A stretch of DNA of 64,000 nt from the NCBI GenBank assembly GCA_964016885.1, contig OZ024744.1:51150001-51214000 (forward strand), in the 5' to 3' direction. The number at the start of each line of letters is the position of its first letter. Position 1 is the stretch's first letter. Below, in pieces: positions 12,713-25,880 of this stretch. The position numbers were made by a program, and so were the translations under genes. The DNA comes from Eledone cirrhosa (lineage: Eukaryota). The notes under the pieces are model-generated. The model was not told the origin of the DNA and did no database searches. It saw only the letters and a program-made list of their open reading frames with translations.

Positions 12713-13091
12713 GCGTATATCTAAGCTTATTTTCTCTTTTGATGTGATGTCACATGTCACTGAAAGTTGAGGACTACTACTACTATTTTATTCACTTGTG
12801 TCCAGCAAAGGATGTAGTAGCACCTCATACAGAACTTTCCATTACAAGGAGGCGAACTGCTGCTGACATCGCGATTCCCGCGAACTTATGTAATGCAGCG
12901 GGCCCCCGCTAGCAGATCGGAATCGTAGAAACTGGTGCATCAGTCCAGGTATCTTAATTATCCTACCTTCACGAAGTCATCTTACTCGCTGATGAACATA
13001 TGTGTACACTCTAATACTGACTTAATTAAATTATTGAGTGAGTGTGGAAACGATCAAAGCTGTGTCCATTCTATTCGATAAGCTTCGTCCT

Positions 13092-13157
<66 letters not shown>

Positions 13158-13361
13158 CGTTTCTGAATTTGTTTAGCAAGATTCTTTACATGAAAACGTG
13201 TGTTGAAACCGATATTGTTATACTTTGGGAGAGTCATGTTGCCAATAAGAAACACACACACCAGTTGCTTTCACTTCAATTTATTATAATAAATTTATAA
13301 ATTTAGGAATTTATAAATTTCCGGTTGGTTGGTTCCACAACCAGATGATTGTTTATATATT

Positions 13362-13404
13362 GTCAAAATTCTTTCGTCACACATTCTGTGACCTCTTCAG
13401 TGAC
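13362..13404 (-). ncRNA. Hammerhead motif in the inverted PLE pLTR
   Basis: Reverse complement reads gtca-CTGAAGA-g-gtcaca/tgtgac-GAAA-gaatt-t-tgac. Confidence 0.7.
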
Positions 13405-16400
13405 TGGGGATTCTTTTCTTTGTTTTTGTGCCTCTCCTTTGATCTGTCCTACGCCATCTTGTTTTTGTGTGTGTTGTGTGCTTAGTTTGCGCATGTGTTA
13501 CATCCGGGTGTCTGTGTGTGTTTATATTTGTTTATTTATTTGTTTATTTGCATGTTACTGGTTGGTTGTTTGTTCTATGTGCGTGTGTGTTTTCATTTTG
13601 TCCTTAATTGTAAGTTGTGATGTTGCTGTTGATGTTTTCTATTTCATTTTGGTTGGAGTTCATTTATGTTTATTGCCTCTGTGATTTGTCTAAACATTGC
13701 GTCTTTTCTGTGTGTAGATTCTATTTTTATTTCTATGTTCTCTAATTTACCCTTATGTTCTATTTTAGCATGTTGGTAGAGTACAGATGATTCTTTACTA
13801 TCTTGAAGGTCTCGCCAGTGTTCATTTATCCGTTCCCCTATACTACGAGCTGTCTCACCTATCTACACTATATTCTTATCTCTACATTGTCCTTCAGTAC
13901 ATCTTATGCTATATACTACATTTCTAGTTTTACAGTTAATATGGGGGCTTCATTTACAGATTATACATTTCTTATCTATACAGGGAGCTCTTTGAAAAGG
14001 GTATGTATTGCTAATAAGTGTTTTTATGGAGGTACCTGGTCTTTCTAATACCTTAATATTGAGTTTATGTTTATCTAGGGCCCTTCTGAATTTGTAAGCT
14101 AATTCACCTCTAGGGGTTGTATCGATGAACATTACACTATGGTATTTATTGCTATTATACCATGAGTTTATTCTATTCACCGAAGAGGTCATAGAATGTG
14201 TGACGAAAGAACTTTGACAATATATAAACAATCATCTGGTTGTGAACCAACCAACCAACCGGAAATTTATAAATTGCTAAATTTATAAATTTATTATAAT
14301 AAATTGAAGTGAAAGCAACTGGTGCGCGTGTTTCTTATTGGCAACATGACCCTCTCAAAGTATAACAATATCGGTTTCAACACACGTTTTCAGATAAAGA
14401 ATCTTGCTAAACAAATTCAGAAACGAAATATCGTAAGCCTTAGCCATGCTAACAAGATACTGAAAACCCCCATGCTATGTTGTGTACGAAAAACAATAAC
14501 ATCTCGACAACTACACTTCATAAAAAAATGTACCTCGTCCCGAGTTTACACCAAAACCATCAACACCGATGTAAGAAGATTACAACTCACCAAAAAGCAA
14601 GCAGATAGGCTAAAACGAACACTAATTCTAAACATAAAAAAGAAGATTTACAGAGTATTAAGTCATCAAGAAAAACTTAAGCGTAACCTAATACAAGAAA
14701 TAAATAAGATCACCACACCAAGAGAAAAATTAATATTTATTAACCTTATATGTCTTGAAGGAAAGTACATTGTTCAAGAATGTGGCAAGCACTTTAACAA
14801 GAAACTAAAGTGGCTCAAACAGATAAAACTAAATCAAGATACTTTAGAGAATATCGATAGATATCCCGACAAAATTGACGGTATAAATATGGCCGACATC
14901 TCATTAACAAATGAATTCAACAACAACAACAACAGAAATATATACGGCAACACTACAGTCGCCTCTGAAGAATTATCGATATTACAGCTACCACCTAAAT
15001 ATGCCACATATAATAAGGTAAATATGATAAAATGCTTGTCAGAAATAGAAAAATCATTTACAAAATTACGTTGGAGCCTCAAAAACAAAAACAATATACA
15101 ACATATACAACACACATCACAACAACAACAGACATACAGACACAAACAACGATAACAACAACACACACATCAACAATAATAACATACTCAGAAACAACAA
15201 CAACACACATCAACAACAGCACACATCAACAACAACAACAACAACACACACACATTCTATGCCTCTCACCACCATCACCACAACCTTAACAAACACACAG
15301 ACTCAGAAAACAGGTAATGACAGTAGCACAGAAGTAAGGGAAGGTAATAGGATTGAAGGAGAAGGGAGATTATGGACAGAGAAAATAACCAGGACGAACA
15401 CGCAGACACACAAAATAGAGTAGATAATAACAATGAGCCAGAGGAAAGAGACAGGAGTAATAATGAAAGACAGAAACAACCATGAGGCTGTTGGTGGAAA
15501 TAGAAATAGAAACAACACAACTAACAATAACAATAGCATTAGTATACATAAAGCAGCAGCCTGGAACTCTACTTTTTATAATCCTTCCGATAAGTCGTTC
15601 GACCTGCGACGAGTCCACGCCACGACTTTAGCTTTTAACAAACGCATGCAATTGCCGTCGCAGGTCGATGAACAAACAGAAGCACAATTTAGTATAGCTA
15701 GATCTAAACTTAGAAATATTATAGAACAGTATTGCAAGAAGCATAATAGAATGGAGGCCCAGCAACTGGGAGAAAAATCTGCAAATGGCTTGCGTAAGCT
15801 CATGCAGTGCTCGCGTAATGGAGAGATTGCATGCTTTCCAACAGACAAGTCTGGCAGAATGTCGGTTGACAGTCTGTCAAACTACATCCAGGCAATGCAA
15901 CCCCACATCACTAACACAAGAGAAGTAACATCATAAGAGCATGAGGATAGGGAAAAAGCCCTCAATGCCCATATGATGATGTGGACAAATATAATGCAGC
16001 CCAACAAAAGGACTGCCAACAACTTCCAGGCGTGGAACAATGACGTGCCAGCGTTGTATCGGCTTCGAAAAGACCATAAAACGAGCAGTGACCCTGTCAC
16101 AGGACCACCAACACGGCCAGTCTGTGGAGCTATCATTGCTAGTAACTACAGACTTTCCTACTTCCTCTCCCTGATCATACGCCTCATCATTGAAATGACC
16201 CCCAGATATATGTGACAGCACGGAGGACCTCCTCAGCAGAATCGGCGAGAGTAACCGATCTAGGGACCTAACAAACTGCATAATAGGTAGTATGAATGTT
16301 GTGTCCCTGTATCCATCTATTGACGTGGAATTTGCTGTGGAGAAATGCGTAGAAATGATCAGTGAGAGCAATGTTGAATTCCGTGGGATTTATACCAGTG

Positions 16401-18140
16401 AGCTGGGACTCCAACTTAAACTTACCTATAGTAATAATTACCTAGACACATATGACCTTAGCAACCTGTGCCCTACAAGACCAGCAAGAGGCAGACCACC
16501 TACCATTACCTCAATGGCCAAGAAAACCGACACAGATAGATGGAACGGGTGGACCAGAGCCATACAGACCCCCGAAAACCACGATGAACTAAAGAAAATG
16601 ATTGCATATGCGGTGGGAGCCAGCATAAAATTAACCCTTAAGTAACATATGTTCAAATTTAATGGAAAAAACATATGCCCAAGAGGAGGGAGCAGCCATT
16701 GGTGTTAGCATTGCAGATGACATAGCTAACCTGTTCATGGTATGGTGGGACAGTAGACTTAAACTTAAAGAACAATTAGAAGACAGAAACCTCTTAACCC
16801 TGATAATGTACTCCCGCTACGTTGATGATATAAACATCGTAGTAAAAACACCCCCACTAGAGAACAGTCAGGAATTAGAGAAAAACACCATTGAAAGCAT
16901 CCAGCAAAGAGCTAACTCCATCCACCAGAGTATTAGAGTTACTATAGACTACCCAAGCAAACACCCCAACCATCTATTACCTGTACTAGACACAGAGCTC
17001 TGGTTAGATACCATTAATAACAAAAAACAAATCCTTCATTCCCATTATGCCAAACCCATGACTTCCAAATATCTGATCCACCGAAACTCAGCTGTTTCAG
17101 ACCATACCCAAATCAACATACTGATTGCGGATTTGGTACGGGTAATGAGAAACGTGTCCCGCATGTGCAACCCCAAAGAACTAGAGAGACACATACAATA
17201 CTTCATCCACCGTATGCAGTTCTCTGGTTCCAATCAGAGAGATAAAATCAGAGTATATAGAGGAGCCAGAACTAAATGGGAAAAAATGGTAAATAATGAC
17301 ACAAATGGGACCTGCCCCTTGTATAGGAGCAAATTTTGGAATAGAATAGAAAGAACTAAGAATAATGTTAATAGAATAAACTCATGGTATGATAGCAATA
17401 AATACCATAGTGTAATGTTCATCGATACAACCCCTAGAGGTGAATTAACTTACAAATTCAGAAGGGCCCTAGATAAACATAAACTCAATATTAAGGTATT
17501 AGAAAGACCAGGTACCTCCATAAAAACACTTATTAGCAATACATACCCTTTTCAAAGAGCTCCCTGTATAGATAAGAAATGTATAATCTGTAAATGAAGC
17601 CCCCATATTAACTGTAAAACTAGAAATGTAGTATATAGCATAAGATGTACTGAAGGACAATGTAGAGATAAGAATATAGTGTAGATAGGTGAGACAGCTC
17701 GTAGTATAGGGGAACGGATAAATGAACACTGGCGAGACCTTCAAGATAGTAAAGAATCATCTGTACTCTACCAACATGCTAAAATAGAACATAAGGGTAA
17801 ATTAGAGAACATAGAAATAAAAATAGAATCTACACACAGAAAAGACGCAATGTTTAGACAAATCACAGAGGCAATAAACATAAATGAACTCCAACCAAAA
17901 TTAAATAGAAAACATCAACAGCAACATCACAACTTACAATTAAGGACAAAATGAAAACACACACATACATAGAACAAACAACCAACCAGTAACATGTAAA
18001 TAAACAAATAAATAAACAAATATAAACACACACAGACACCCGGATGTAACACATGCGCAAACTAAGCACACAACACATACAAAAACAAGATGGCGTAGGA
18101 CAGAACAAAGGAGAGGCACAAAAAAAAGAAAATAATCCCC

Positions 18141-18184
18141 AGTCACTGAAGAGGTCACAGAATGTGTGACGAAAGAATTTTGAC
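18141..18184 (+). ncRNA. Hammerhead motif in the 3' PLE pLTR
   Basis: gtca-CTGAAGA-g-gtcaca(gaatg)tgtgac-GAAA-minimal stem III-tgac. A mutated copy (CCGAAGA) lies at 14177-14218. Confidence 0.75.
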
Positions 18185-18330
18185 AATATATAAACAATCA
18201 TCTGGTTGTGGAACCAACCAACCAACCGAAAATTTATAAATTCCTAAATTTATAAATTTATTATAATAAATTGAAGTGAAAGCAACTGGTGCGTGTGTTT
18301 CTTATTGGCAACATGACTCTCCCAAAGTAT

Positions 18331-18370
<40 letters not shown>

Positions 18371-18461
18371 ATATAGTTGTATGGTTGCAAGAAAATTGCG
18401 TCCGTAGGCGGTATGCCGATTGAGCATTTGATGCTCGCGCAGAACAGAGTATAATACTTTA

Positions 18462-19215
18462 TGAATAAAGGAACAAGGTTTCAGTGTTGCAGCATAACAT
18501 ATTTATAACATATTAGATATTTCACTGTCGATCAGCTCGAGGCAAAACCTATTATAGTTCGAACCTGACTCTGTAATCGAAAGATCGTCAGATATGCTTG
18601 CTATATGCTTTCGTCTCCGATTTTATGGGTGAAATTTTCTAGCTGTTAGCTATCCACAGCTCATTTTGACACCATGGTATTTTACGTCTGTTCATGTGTT
18701 TTGTTATTATTTCTGGCAATATTATTACAACAATATGAACCTCCCCAAGTATAACAATATATATATATACACAGACAGAAACACACACACACGCATATAT
18801 ATACATGTGTGTGTGTGTGTGTGAATGTGTCTGTATGTACATGTATATATATGTGGAGATATCGGTGGTATATGAGCATTAAATCTAGCAGTAAATGGCA
18901 GGACATGACAGCTTGACCGGAGGAGAGACATGCGTTACCCCGAGGATAGACTGATGATGATGATAGGATAATTGAACCAGTGAACAGGCGTAAAATACCA
19001 TGGTGTCAAAATGTGCTGTGGATAGCTAATAGCTAGAACATTTCACCCATAAATTCGGAGACGAAAGCATATAGCAAGCATATCTGACGATCTTTCGATT
19101 TCAAAGTCAGGTTCGATCTATAATAGGTCTTGCCTCGAGCTGATCGACAGTGAAACATATGTAATATGCTACTAAATATGTTATGATGCATCACTGAATC
19201 CTTGTTCCTTTAAAC
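18462..19215. mobile_element. Inverted pair of long-stem-II HHR elements
   Basis: 18465-18693 is the diverged reverse complement of 18981-19212. Microsatellite spacer between the arms. Confidence 0.75.
19077..19170 (+). ncRNA. Type I hammerhead ribozyme with a ~60-nt stem II region
   Basis: agcatat-CTGACGA-...-GAAA-CATATG-TA-atatgct. Perfect 7-bp stem I, palindromic stem III, GUA site. Confidence 0.8.
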
Positions 19216-19237
19216 TTATTGTATATATATATATATA

Positions 19238-19370
19238 ATTGGCAGAGTCGTTAGGACGTCGGATAATATACTTTACGGGTTTCGTCCCAGTTCAAATCCC
19301 GCCGGGCTCATTTGCTTTTCATCCTTTCGAGGTCGATAAAAAAAGTACCAGTTCAGTACTGTGGTCGATT
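19238..19370 (+). mobile_element. SINE S1, diverged
   Basis: gttcaaatcccgcc...ttttcatcctttcgaggtcgataaa. Confidence 0.75.
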
Positions 19371-19505
19371 TTTTCTGTGTTCAGACCTGGAGAGGGTTGG
19401 GCACCGCCAGGTTTAAAAGTGTCCTAGACACGCCGTATGACGGTTTCTCTACGACTCCACAAGGAGTTATGGGAAATTTTATCTTTTATCCTTATATATA
19501 TATAT

Positions 19506-19714
19506 AAGTGGTTACACAACAGTTAGTTCACCATACGAGAACAATTGTTTCACCTTAGCGGATCTTCAGCTCGGAATGGGCCCATTCCGAACTGAAGATC
19601 CGCTAAGGTGAAACAATTGTTCTCGGTATGGTGAACTAACTGTTGTGTAACCACTTCTACCTAACTCGTCCCTTGGACTGAGTGCTCTACCACTACGGAT
19701 ATTACCTTCCAGTG
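19506..19714. mobile_element. Near-perfect HHR palindrome with a one-sided extension, in (TA)n
   Basis: 19506-19580 mirrors 19581-19656 about GGGCCC. Each arm reads ccgar-CTGAAGA-tccgctaaggt-GAAA-CAATTG-TT-ctcg. Confidence 0.8.
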
Positions 19715-20159
<445 letters not shown>

Positions 20160-20399
20160 TGTCTGTCTGTGTATATATATATATACATATTTATATATGA
20201 GCGTGTATGTATATATGCATGTATGGTGAATGTAGGCATACACCTATGCATATACTTATGCATCCCTATATACATGTGTATACGTATATACATGTAAAAT
20301 TTATATCCGTGCATATACAAAATAGAATTAACGGATACATTTTAAAAGGTGTATATAAATATACATCAAGTTAGCAGAGAGACATGTGCACATACAAAC

Positions 20400-22690
20400 A
20401 TACGTATTTCCATGTCAACTACTTTGATGTTCACCAGAAGGCAATTCATGTAAACTAGTAACATGAAAAACCTGACGGATGTACTTATATACCAGGTGGG
20501 GGGTTTCTTGTTCCTGGATTGCATGGAGAAACCGTTCGAGGTGAGATGTTTTAAACCTTGTTGGGACTCCATGTCAGGATTTATCCCACTATGTTCAAAG
20601 TTTTTCGTCTCAAGTACCCGTGTACAACATTCTCAGTGAATTGGTTAAGTTTTTTATTTTGTTCCTGGGAGAGAGATTTGTGTCAGCTCTTACTCCATGT
20701 GTCTAGATCAATGGTTTTCCTACCAATATTATTATTTCTATAGGTAGTAACTAAAACACATTCTTTCACAGTTGGCAATAATGTAGCCAACATCTTCAAT
20801 ATTTGTTTTGCACAGCCTACATTTATTGTCGACTGATGACTTTCCTCTTTTGTGAGGTAGGGATTTCTTGTTCGTGGATTGCATGGATGTATCGTTCAAG
20901 GTGGGATGCTATGAACTTGTCGGAACTCTATGTCAGTCTTTTAGTATTGTTTGTTGCCTCTGTGGTCTATGTTTTACACCTCAAGTACTCATGTACAACT
21001 TCCTCTCTGACTTAGTCCATTTTTTAAATTTCGTCTGAGCATTGAGCAGAGTGTTTCAATATTTCTGAGAGAGAGGTGTGTACCATGTTTTATTGCATGC
21101 CCTTCTTCTAGATCAGTGACTATCCTAATAACATTCTTATTTTCATGTTCAAGACGGCTGCTGACCTTCTTCTGCTGGAGATGTTGCTTCAGTGTTATTA
21201 TCCTTGTATGATGTGAATATGGATTTTAGGCCCCGGTCACTCTCCTGTTGGAAAAAAATATATCCTACCCTCATCACAATTGACTGTAACACAGAGCAGC
21301 ATGCGAGTCCTTAAATCCACCTTGCTCAGGTCTTGTAATGACCAGTTCTGCAGACCAAATTTTGTCGTTAGGATTGGTACAGTAAAAGCATTGTGTTTAT
21401 TGTACTCAGGGAGCTCTGATGACCATATTCTTTTTACCCTCCTGGGGTATTCATTCCCGGTCCTCCTTATTTATGTGACCATCCAATCTGACATTCTCAT
21501 CATGTCCAAGATGCCTATATTTGTCACTCGACTGTAGAAGTTGTATCACCAAGCTGTTCATTTTTAGATTTCCAGAGGGCACAAATTTTCTACATTTGGA
21601 CTCAGCAAATTTCATTCCAATATCTGTAGAAAATTGGTAAATGCGGTCTAATGTCTTTTTTATGTAGTTCATACAACTTCAGGTCATCGACAAAGAAAAT
21701 ATGGGAGATACTTCTGGATCAATATCTATGGACACTATGTTTAGTGAATATGTATGTTTGTGGGTTTAATGAACGGACGGAGAGCAGCACTGACAAGTTG
21801 TCATTCAGCAAGATATATTTTTGGTAGTGTATGGTGTCAGACTCAATTTAATCCTGATGCCTCCTAAAGAGCAAAGTGGTATACTAAGTCTTAGTCAGAC
21901 GTTTGATAGCAGCTACTAGTGGTTGTTAGACTTTAGCTAACTGTAAAGCCTTGATATGGTATACTATCATAAGCCTTCTGGTAGTCTAGCTATATTACAG
22001 TCACGTTTTTGTGAGTCTCTACTGTTTTCTTTCTGGGTCATTTTGTTAATTAGCAACTGCTCTACACAGCTCCACACCTTCTTTCCCTAGCTTGCTCAGA
22101 TGTTATAATGTTGTTGGGGTCACAATAATCCTACAAGAACAGATTGAGGTAGCCAGTGTATAATTTGTACATGATAATCTGGTAACCTATTGGGTGGTAA
22201 TTTATAGCAAGGGTGGAAGATGAGGGATGTAGTAGCAATTGTTAGCCTTTGGAGTAGTTCTTTCTTCATACAACCATATCAGATCTTGTTATGAGGTCTG
22301 GGCATGAGGATTTCTTGTTTGACATCTTCTGTAGAGTTGTTTCCAGTATTGCATAATCTATTTCATATTGTTTTAAGCTGGACATGCTGGCAGTAATCCA
22401 GCTCCAGTTCTTTTAGCCATACAGCTTGTTTGTTGAATTCATAATTTGTTTCCCATACAGAACACCAGTAACAACCTGATCTTTTGTGAGAGTCTTTTAC
22501 AGAGATTGAGCCTTTTACATGGAAGCCAGGACAAACTGATTCAGGATCCCTGGCAAATAACCTCAACATTTGTCATTTATATGCTGTAGATTTATCTTTT
22601 AGTTTTCCAGCTGTGGCTGTGAAATGTTGTTTCAGCTGGTGTAGCTTGGAATTTAGTGTTTTAAATACAGTTTCTCCAAATTGACTCTCT
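20400..22690 (-). mobile_element. Heavily decayed R4/Dong-like LINE
   Basis: Fragments FSTDIGMKF..KC, KYRHLG and NKQAVWLKEL, plus nucleotide similarity to 5000-7400 and 8000-8800. Confidence 0.8.
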
Positions 22691-22718
22691 AATGTATATG
22701 ACTGTATGTATGTATGTC

Positions 22719-23930
22719 GGGTCACTCTTGAGTGTTACCTTTAACATGTAACACAGTACAACCTGTCGCGTGGTCGGGTCGTCGGCGACTAAGCCGGCAA
22801 CCCCTCCAAGTTTACTTGTTGAGGAGGGTGATTTTGGACACCATGCAGGACAAAAAGCAAAACCTGACAAAGGGCGGAAGAACTCATCCAAAACCGTGTC
22901 AATATGTATATACACATGTACCGCGCGGTTAAACCCATAGCCTTTGTCAGGGCATTCTTCTAGGAGAAGGCAACTCAGGAAACTGGAATAACTCCGATAT
23001 AAAACCTGCGGCTCAGTAGTTACCGATGATGTCGATCTTTTCTTTTTTTCGGGTTATAGCTACTGTCGCTCAGAGAGTGGGATTGGCTCAGTGCACAGTC
23101 TTTCATCACTTTATAACATATTTTCACTCACAGGCATTACATGATAGAATTAATTAATAATTATTAATAATGGTATATCATGCAATGGCCATACTCGATA
23201 ACGAGGGGGCAGCCATCATCATGTATGTATGTATGTATGTATGTATGTATGTATGTATGTATGTATGTATGTATGTATGTATGTATGTATGTATGTATGT
23301 GTGTATGTAATATCAGGTCACTCTTGAGTGCTACTGGTAACATGTAACCCAGTACAACCTGTCGCATGGTCGGGTCGTCGGCGACTAAACTAGCAACCCC
23401 ACCAAGTTTACTTGGTGTGGAGGGTGATTTTGGACACTCTGCAGGACAAAAAACGAAACCTGACAAGGTGCGGAAGAACTCATAAGAGTCAACGGCCATC
23501 CAAAAGTGTGTAAATATGTATATACACATGTACATATGTATGTATATGTATATGTGTATATACATGAGTGCATGCGTATATATATGCGCGGGGATATAGA
23601 AATAGTCGGCTGGACACCCGATCGCGCGGTTAAACCACTGGGAGCGAAGGACCCCTAGCCTTTGTCAGGGCATTATTCTAGGAGAAGGCAACTCAGGAAA
23701 CTGGGATAACCCCGATATAAAACCTGCGGCTCAGTAGTTACCGATGGTGTTGATCTTTTCTTCTTTTCGGGTTATAGCTACTGTCGCTCAGAGAGTGGGA
23801 TTGGCTCAGTGCACAGTCTTTCGTCACTTTAAAAAATATCTTCATGCACAGGCATTGCACGATAGAATTAATTAATAATGGTATATCGTGCAATGGCCAT
23901 ACTCGATAACGAGGGGGAAGCGATCATGTA
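22719..23930 (+). mobile_element. Two tandem non-coding (probably RTE-dependent) elements with (TATG)n tails
   Basis: 22719-23220 and 23315-23930 are co-linear copies, each preceded and followed by ATGT repeats. A more diverged 5' end starts at 24995. Confidence 0.75.
22720..22797 (+). ncRNA. Candidate HDV-like ribozyme at the element 5' end (second copy 23316-23393)
   Basis: P1 GGTCAC/GTGGTC, then GG (P1.1 partner of CC in acct), P4 tcg-tcgg-cga, J4/2 CTAA. P2 is ccagt/actag in copy 2. Confidence 0.5.
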
Positions 23931-23933
23931 TGT

Positions 23934-24480
23934 ATGATTGACATGCACAGCCGTATTAGAAGAGGTATCGAGACTGGTGAGTGCAGGATCAGTTGTCTGG
24001 AATTTGCGAACGACATAGAATTACTTAGCTCGACAGAAGGTGATCGCCGACCTGCACTAGATAGGATTGCTGCTGAGTGCTGCATGGTAGGAATGAAAAT
24101 CAGTGCTGTGGAGATTGAGACGCTCATCCTCTCAAGGAAACCTGTGCAATGTACTCTACATGTGAGTGGAGTTCCGCTGAAGCAGGTGGAGAATTTCAAG
24201 TATCTCGGGGCCGTGTTCATGAGTGATGGAAGGCAGGAGGCTGAATTAAGTGTAAGAATTGCAGGAGCTGGTGCAGTAATTCACCAGCTTTAGCATTCGA
24301 TAATCAGAAGGGCGGTAGGTGTAAGCGCCAAACTCGCTATCTTCAATTCGATATTCAGGCCAACCCTTACATATGGCATTGATCTTGTGTAATGGCCGAA
24401 AAATACGATCGCGAATACCAGCGGCCGAAATGGGGTTCCCCCGAAGGGTCTTTGGAGTAATGTTCCTTAGGACACCAATG
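23934..24480 (+). mobile_element. Decayed RTE-like RT fragment
   Basis: LEFANDI...GMKIS..VENFKYLG. Same family at 37105-37725 and 39670-40215. Confidence 0.8.
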
Positions 24481-24584
24481 TTGTGCTAGTAGGAAGCCAT
24501 TTACATATTTGGTCCATATTGTTTTTGATCCTCTCTGCCAATACAGTGTGTCAAACAACAATCAATAAAGAATATCTATTTTTA

Positions 24585-24760
24585 ATATAGACACAAGGCC
24601 AGCAAATTTGAAAGAAGGGCAAACTTGATTAAATCAACCCCAGTACTTGATTGGTACTTTATTTTATCGACCATGAAATTACGGAAGTAGGATTTGAACT
24701 CAGAATGTAAAAGCCAGAACAAATACCACAATGGTATTTTTTCCGACGTTCTACCAAAAT
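24585..24760 (-). mobile_element. SINE S1, diverged
   Basis: cacaaggccagc...ggtactttattttatcgac...ggatttgaactcag. Confidence 0.75.
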
Positions 24761-25629
24761 TGAATGTTATTTATGAGAGGTTTTTGGATTAAATCCTAAA
24801 TCGATAATGTAGTACGTTGGAAATATGATTTATTTGATTTCTATTTTAATCCTGTAACCAGCTGTTATACTAACCGATAAGTGGGCACATATGTGTCTAC
24901 ATGACATGCTAAAACAGTAGACAAATCTCAAAATCACAACACATATTTAAATAAGGAATGGATTTAATAGATAATGCGCAGTAGATAATTATAGTCAGGT
25001 CAGGCCTCTGCCTGATACTGGTATGTTGTAACCCAGTACAACCTGCTTCATAGTCGAGTGATCGGCGGTTAAACCGGTTCCCTCACAAGACCTTGGTCTG
25101 GTGAGGAGGGTAAATAGAACTCCAGCAGCATAAAAAAAACAAGAGTTGTTAAAAAGGCGGATGAATTCCTCAGAATCAACGACCATCCACCCCAGCTATG
25201 GGTGAAATAGCCTCAACAACCTGGATTTGGTTAAGCGTGGTGTGTACGGCTACACACCTTCATGACCAAAACCAAAAAGAAAGTGGATTAGGTCAACCAG
25301 GGAGGTGTTCCTCCAACAGGAATGAAAAAGCTCTGTATTGGATAGTAGATAATGAAGTATTTCATGCATCTAAAAAAAAAGTTGAGATGATCATAGATGG
25401 AATACCTCTGAATACAAATAAGCTCGACCTAGGGCTAAACAGCCACACGTAGCTATCATTTTGGCTGGACTTCAGCCATAATTTCTTTTTAGAAATGACT
25501 TTCAAAAATGTATCTAATTTTTATTTAGTATCTTATCTATTTCCATGTTACTGCCATGTAAAAGTAAATGAATCTCCGTCTGTCTCGACAATTAGTATTC
25601 CACCTAGCTAAACGGAAGGGCTTACTCAT

Positions 25630-25880
25630 TATGTTAATATGTAAGTGACTAAACATCCCACAGACACGTGTGTCAGTAACATAATTCTCGGAGAGATTCA
25701 ACGTGACACAGTATGTGACATGGCTGTGCCTTTGAATTACAGTTACAATACATCCAATGTTTGGGCTTCCAAACAGCTGCCGTCTACCCAATTTCACCCA
25801 ATTTCACCAACAAGATTTAGGTCGGCTGAGGTTACGTAGTGGGACCGAACACAGAACTCTTAACCCATCTGCCATACTTT
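25630..25880 (-). mobile_element. Probable SINE (different family)
   Basis: Reverse B-box-like gggaccgaacac at the right end. Family assignment is from recognition only. Confidence 0.4.

Larger units (their letters stand above)
13155..18335 (+). mobile_element. Near-complete Penelope-like element: inverted 3' segment (13155-14178), pLTR, disrupted RT/GIY-YIG ORF, pLTR
   Basis: RT pieces VVSLYPSI, GAAIG, YSRYVDD, LPVLD. GIY-YIG NVVYSIRC...IGETARS...RINEH (~17600-17900). pLTR repeated at 14179-14430 and 18130-18335. (TA)n on both sides. Confidence 0.92.
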
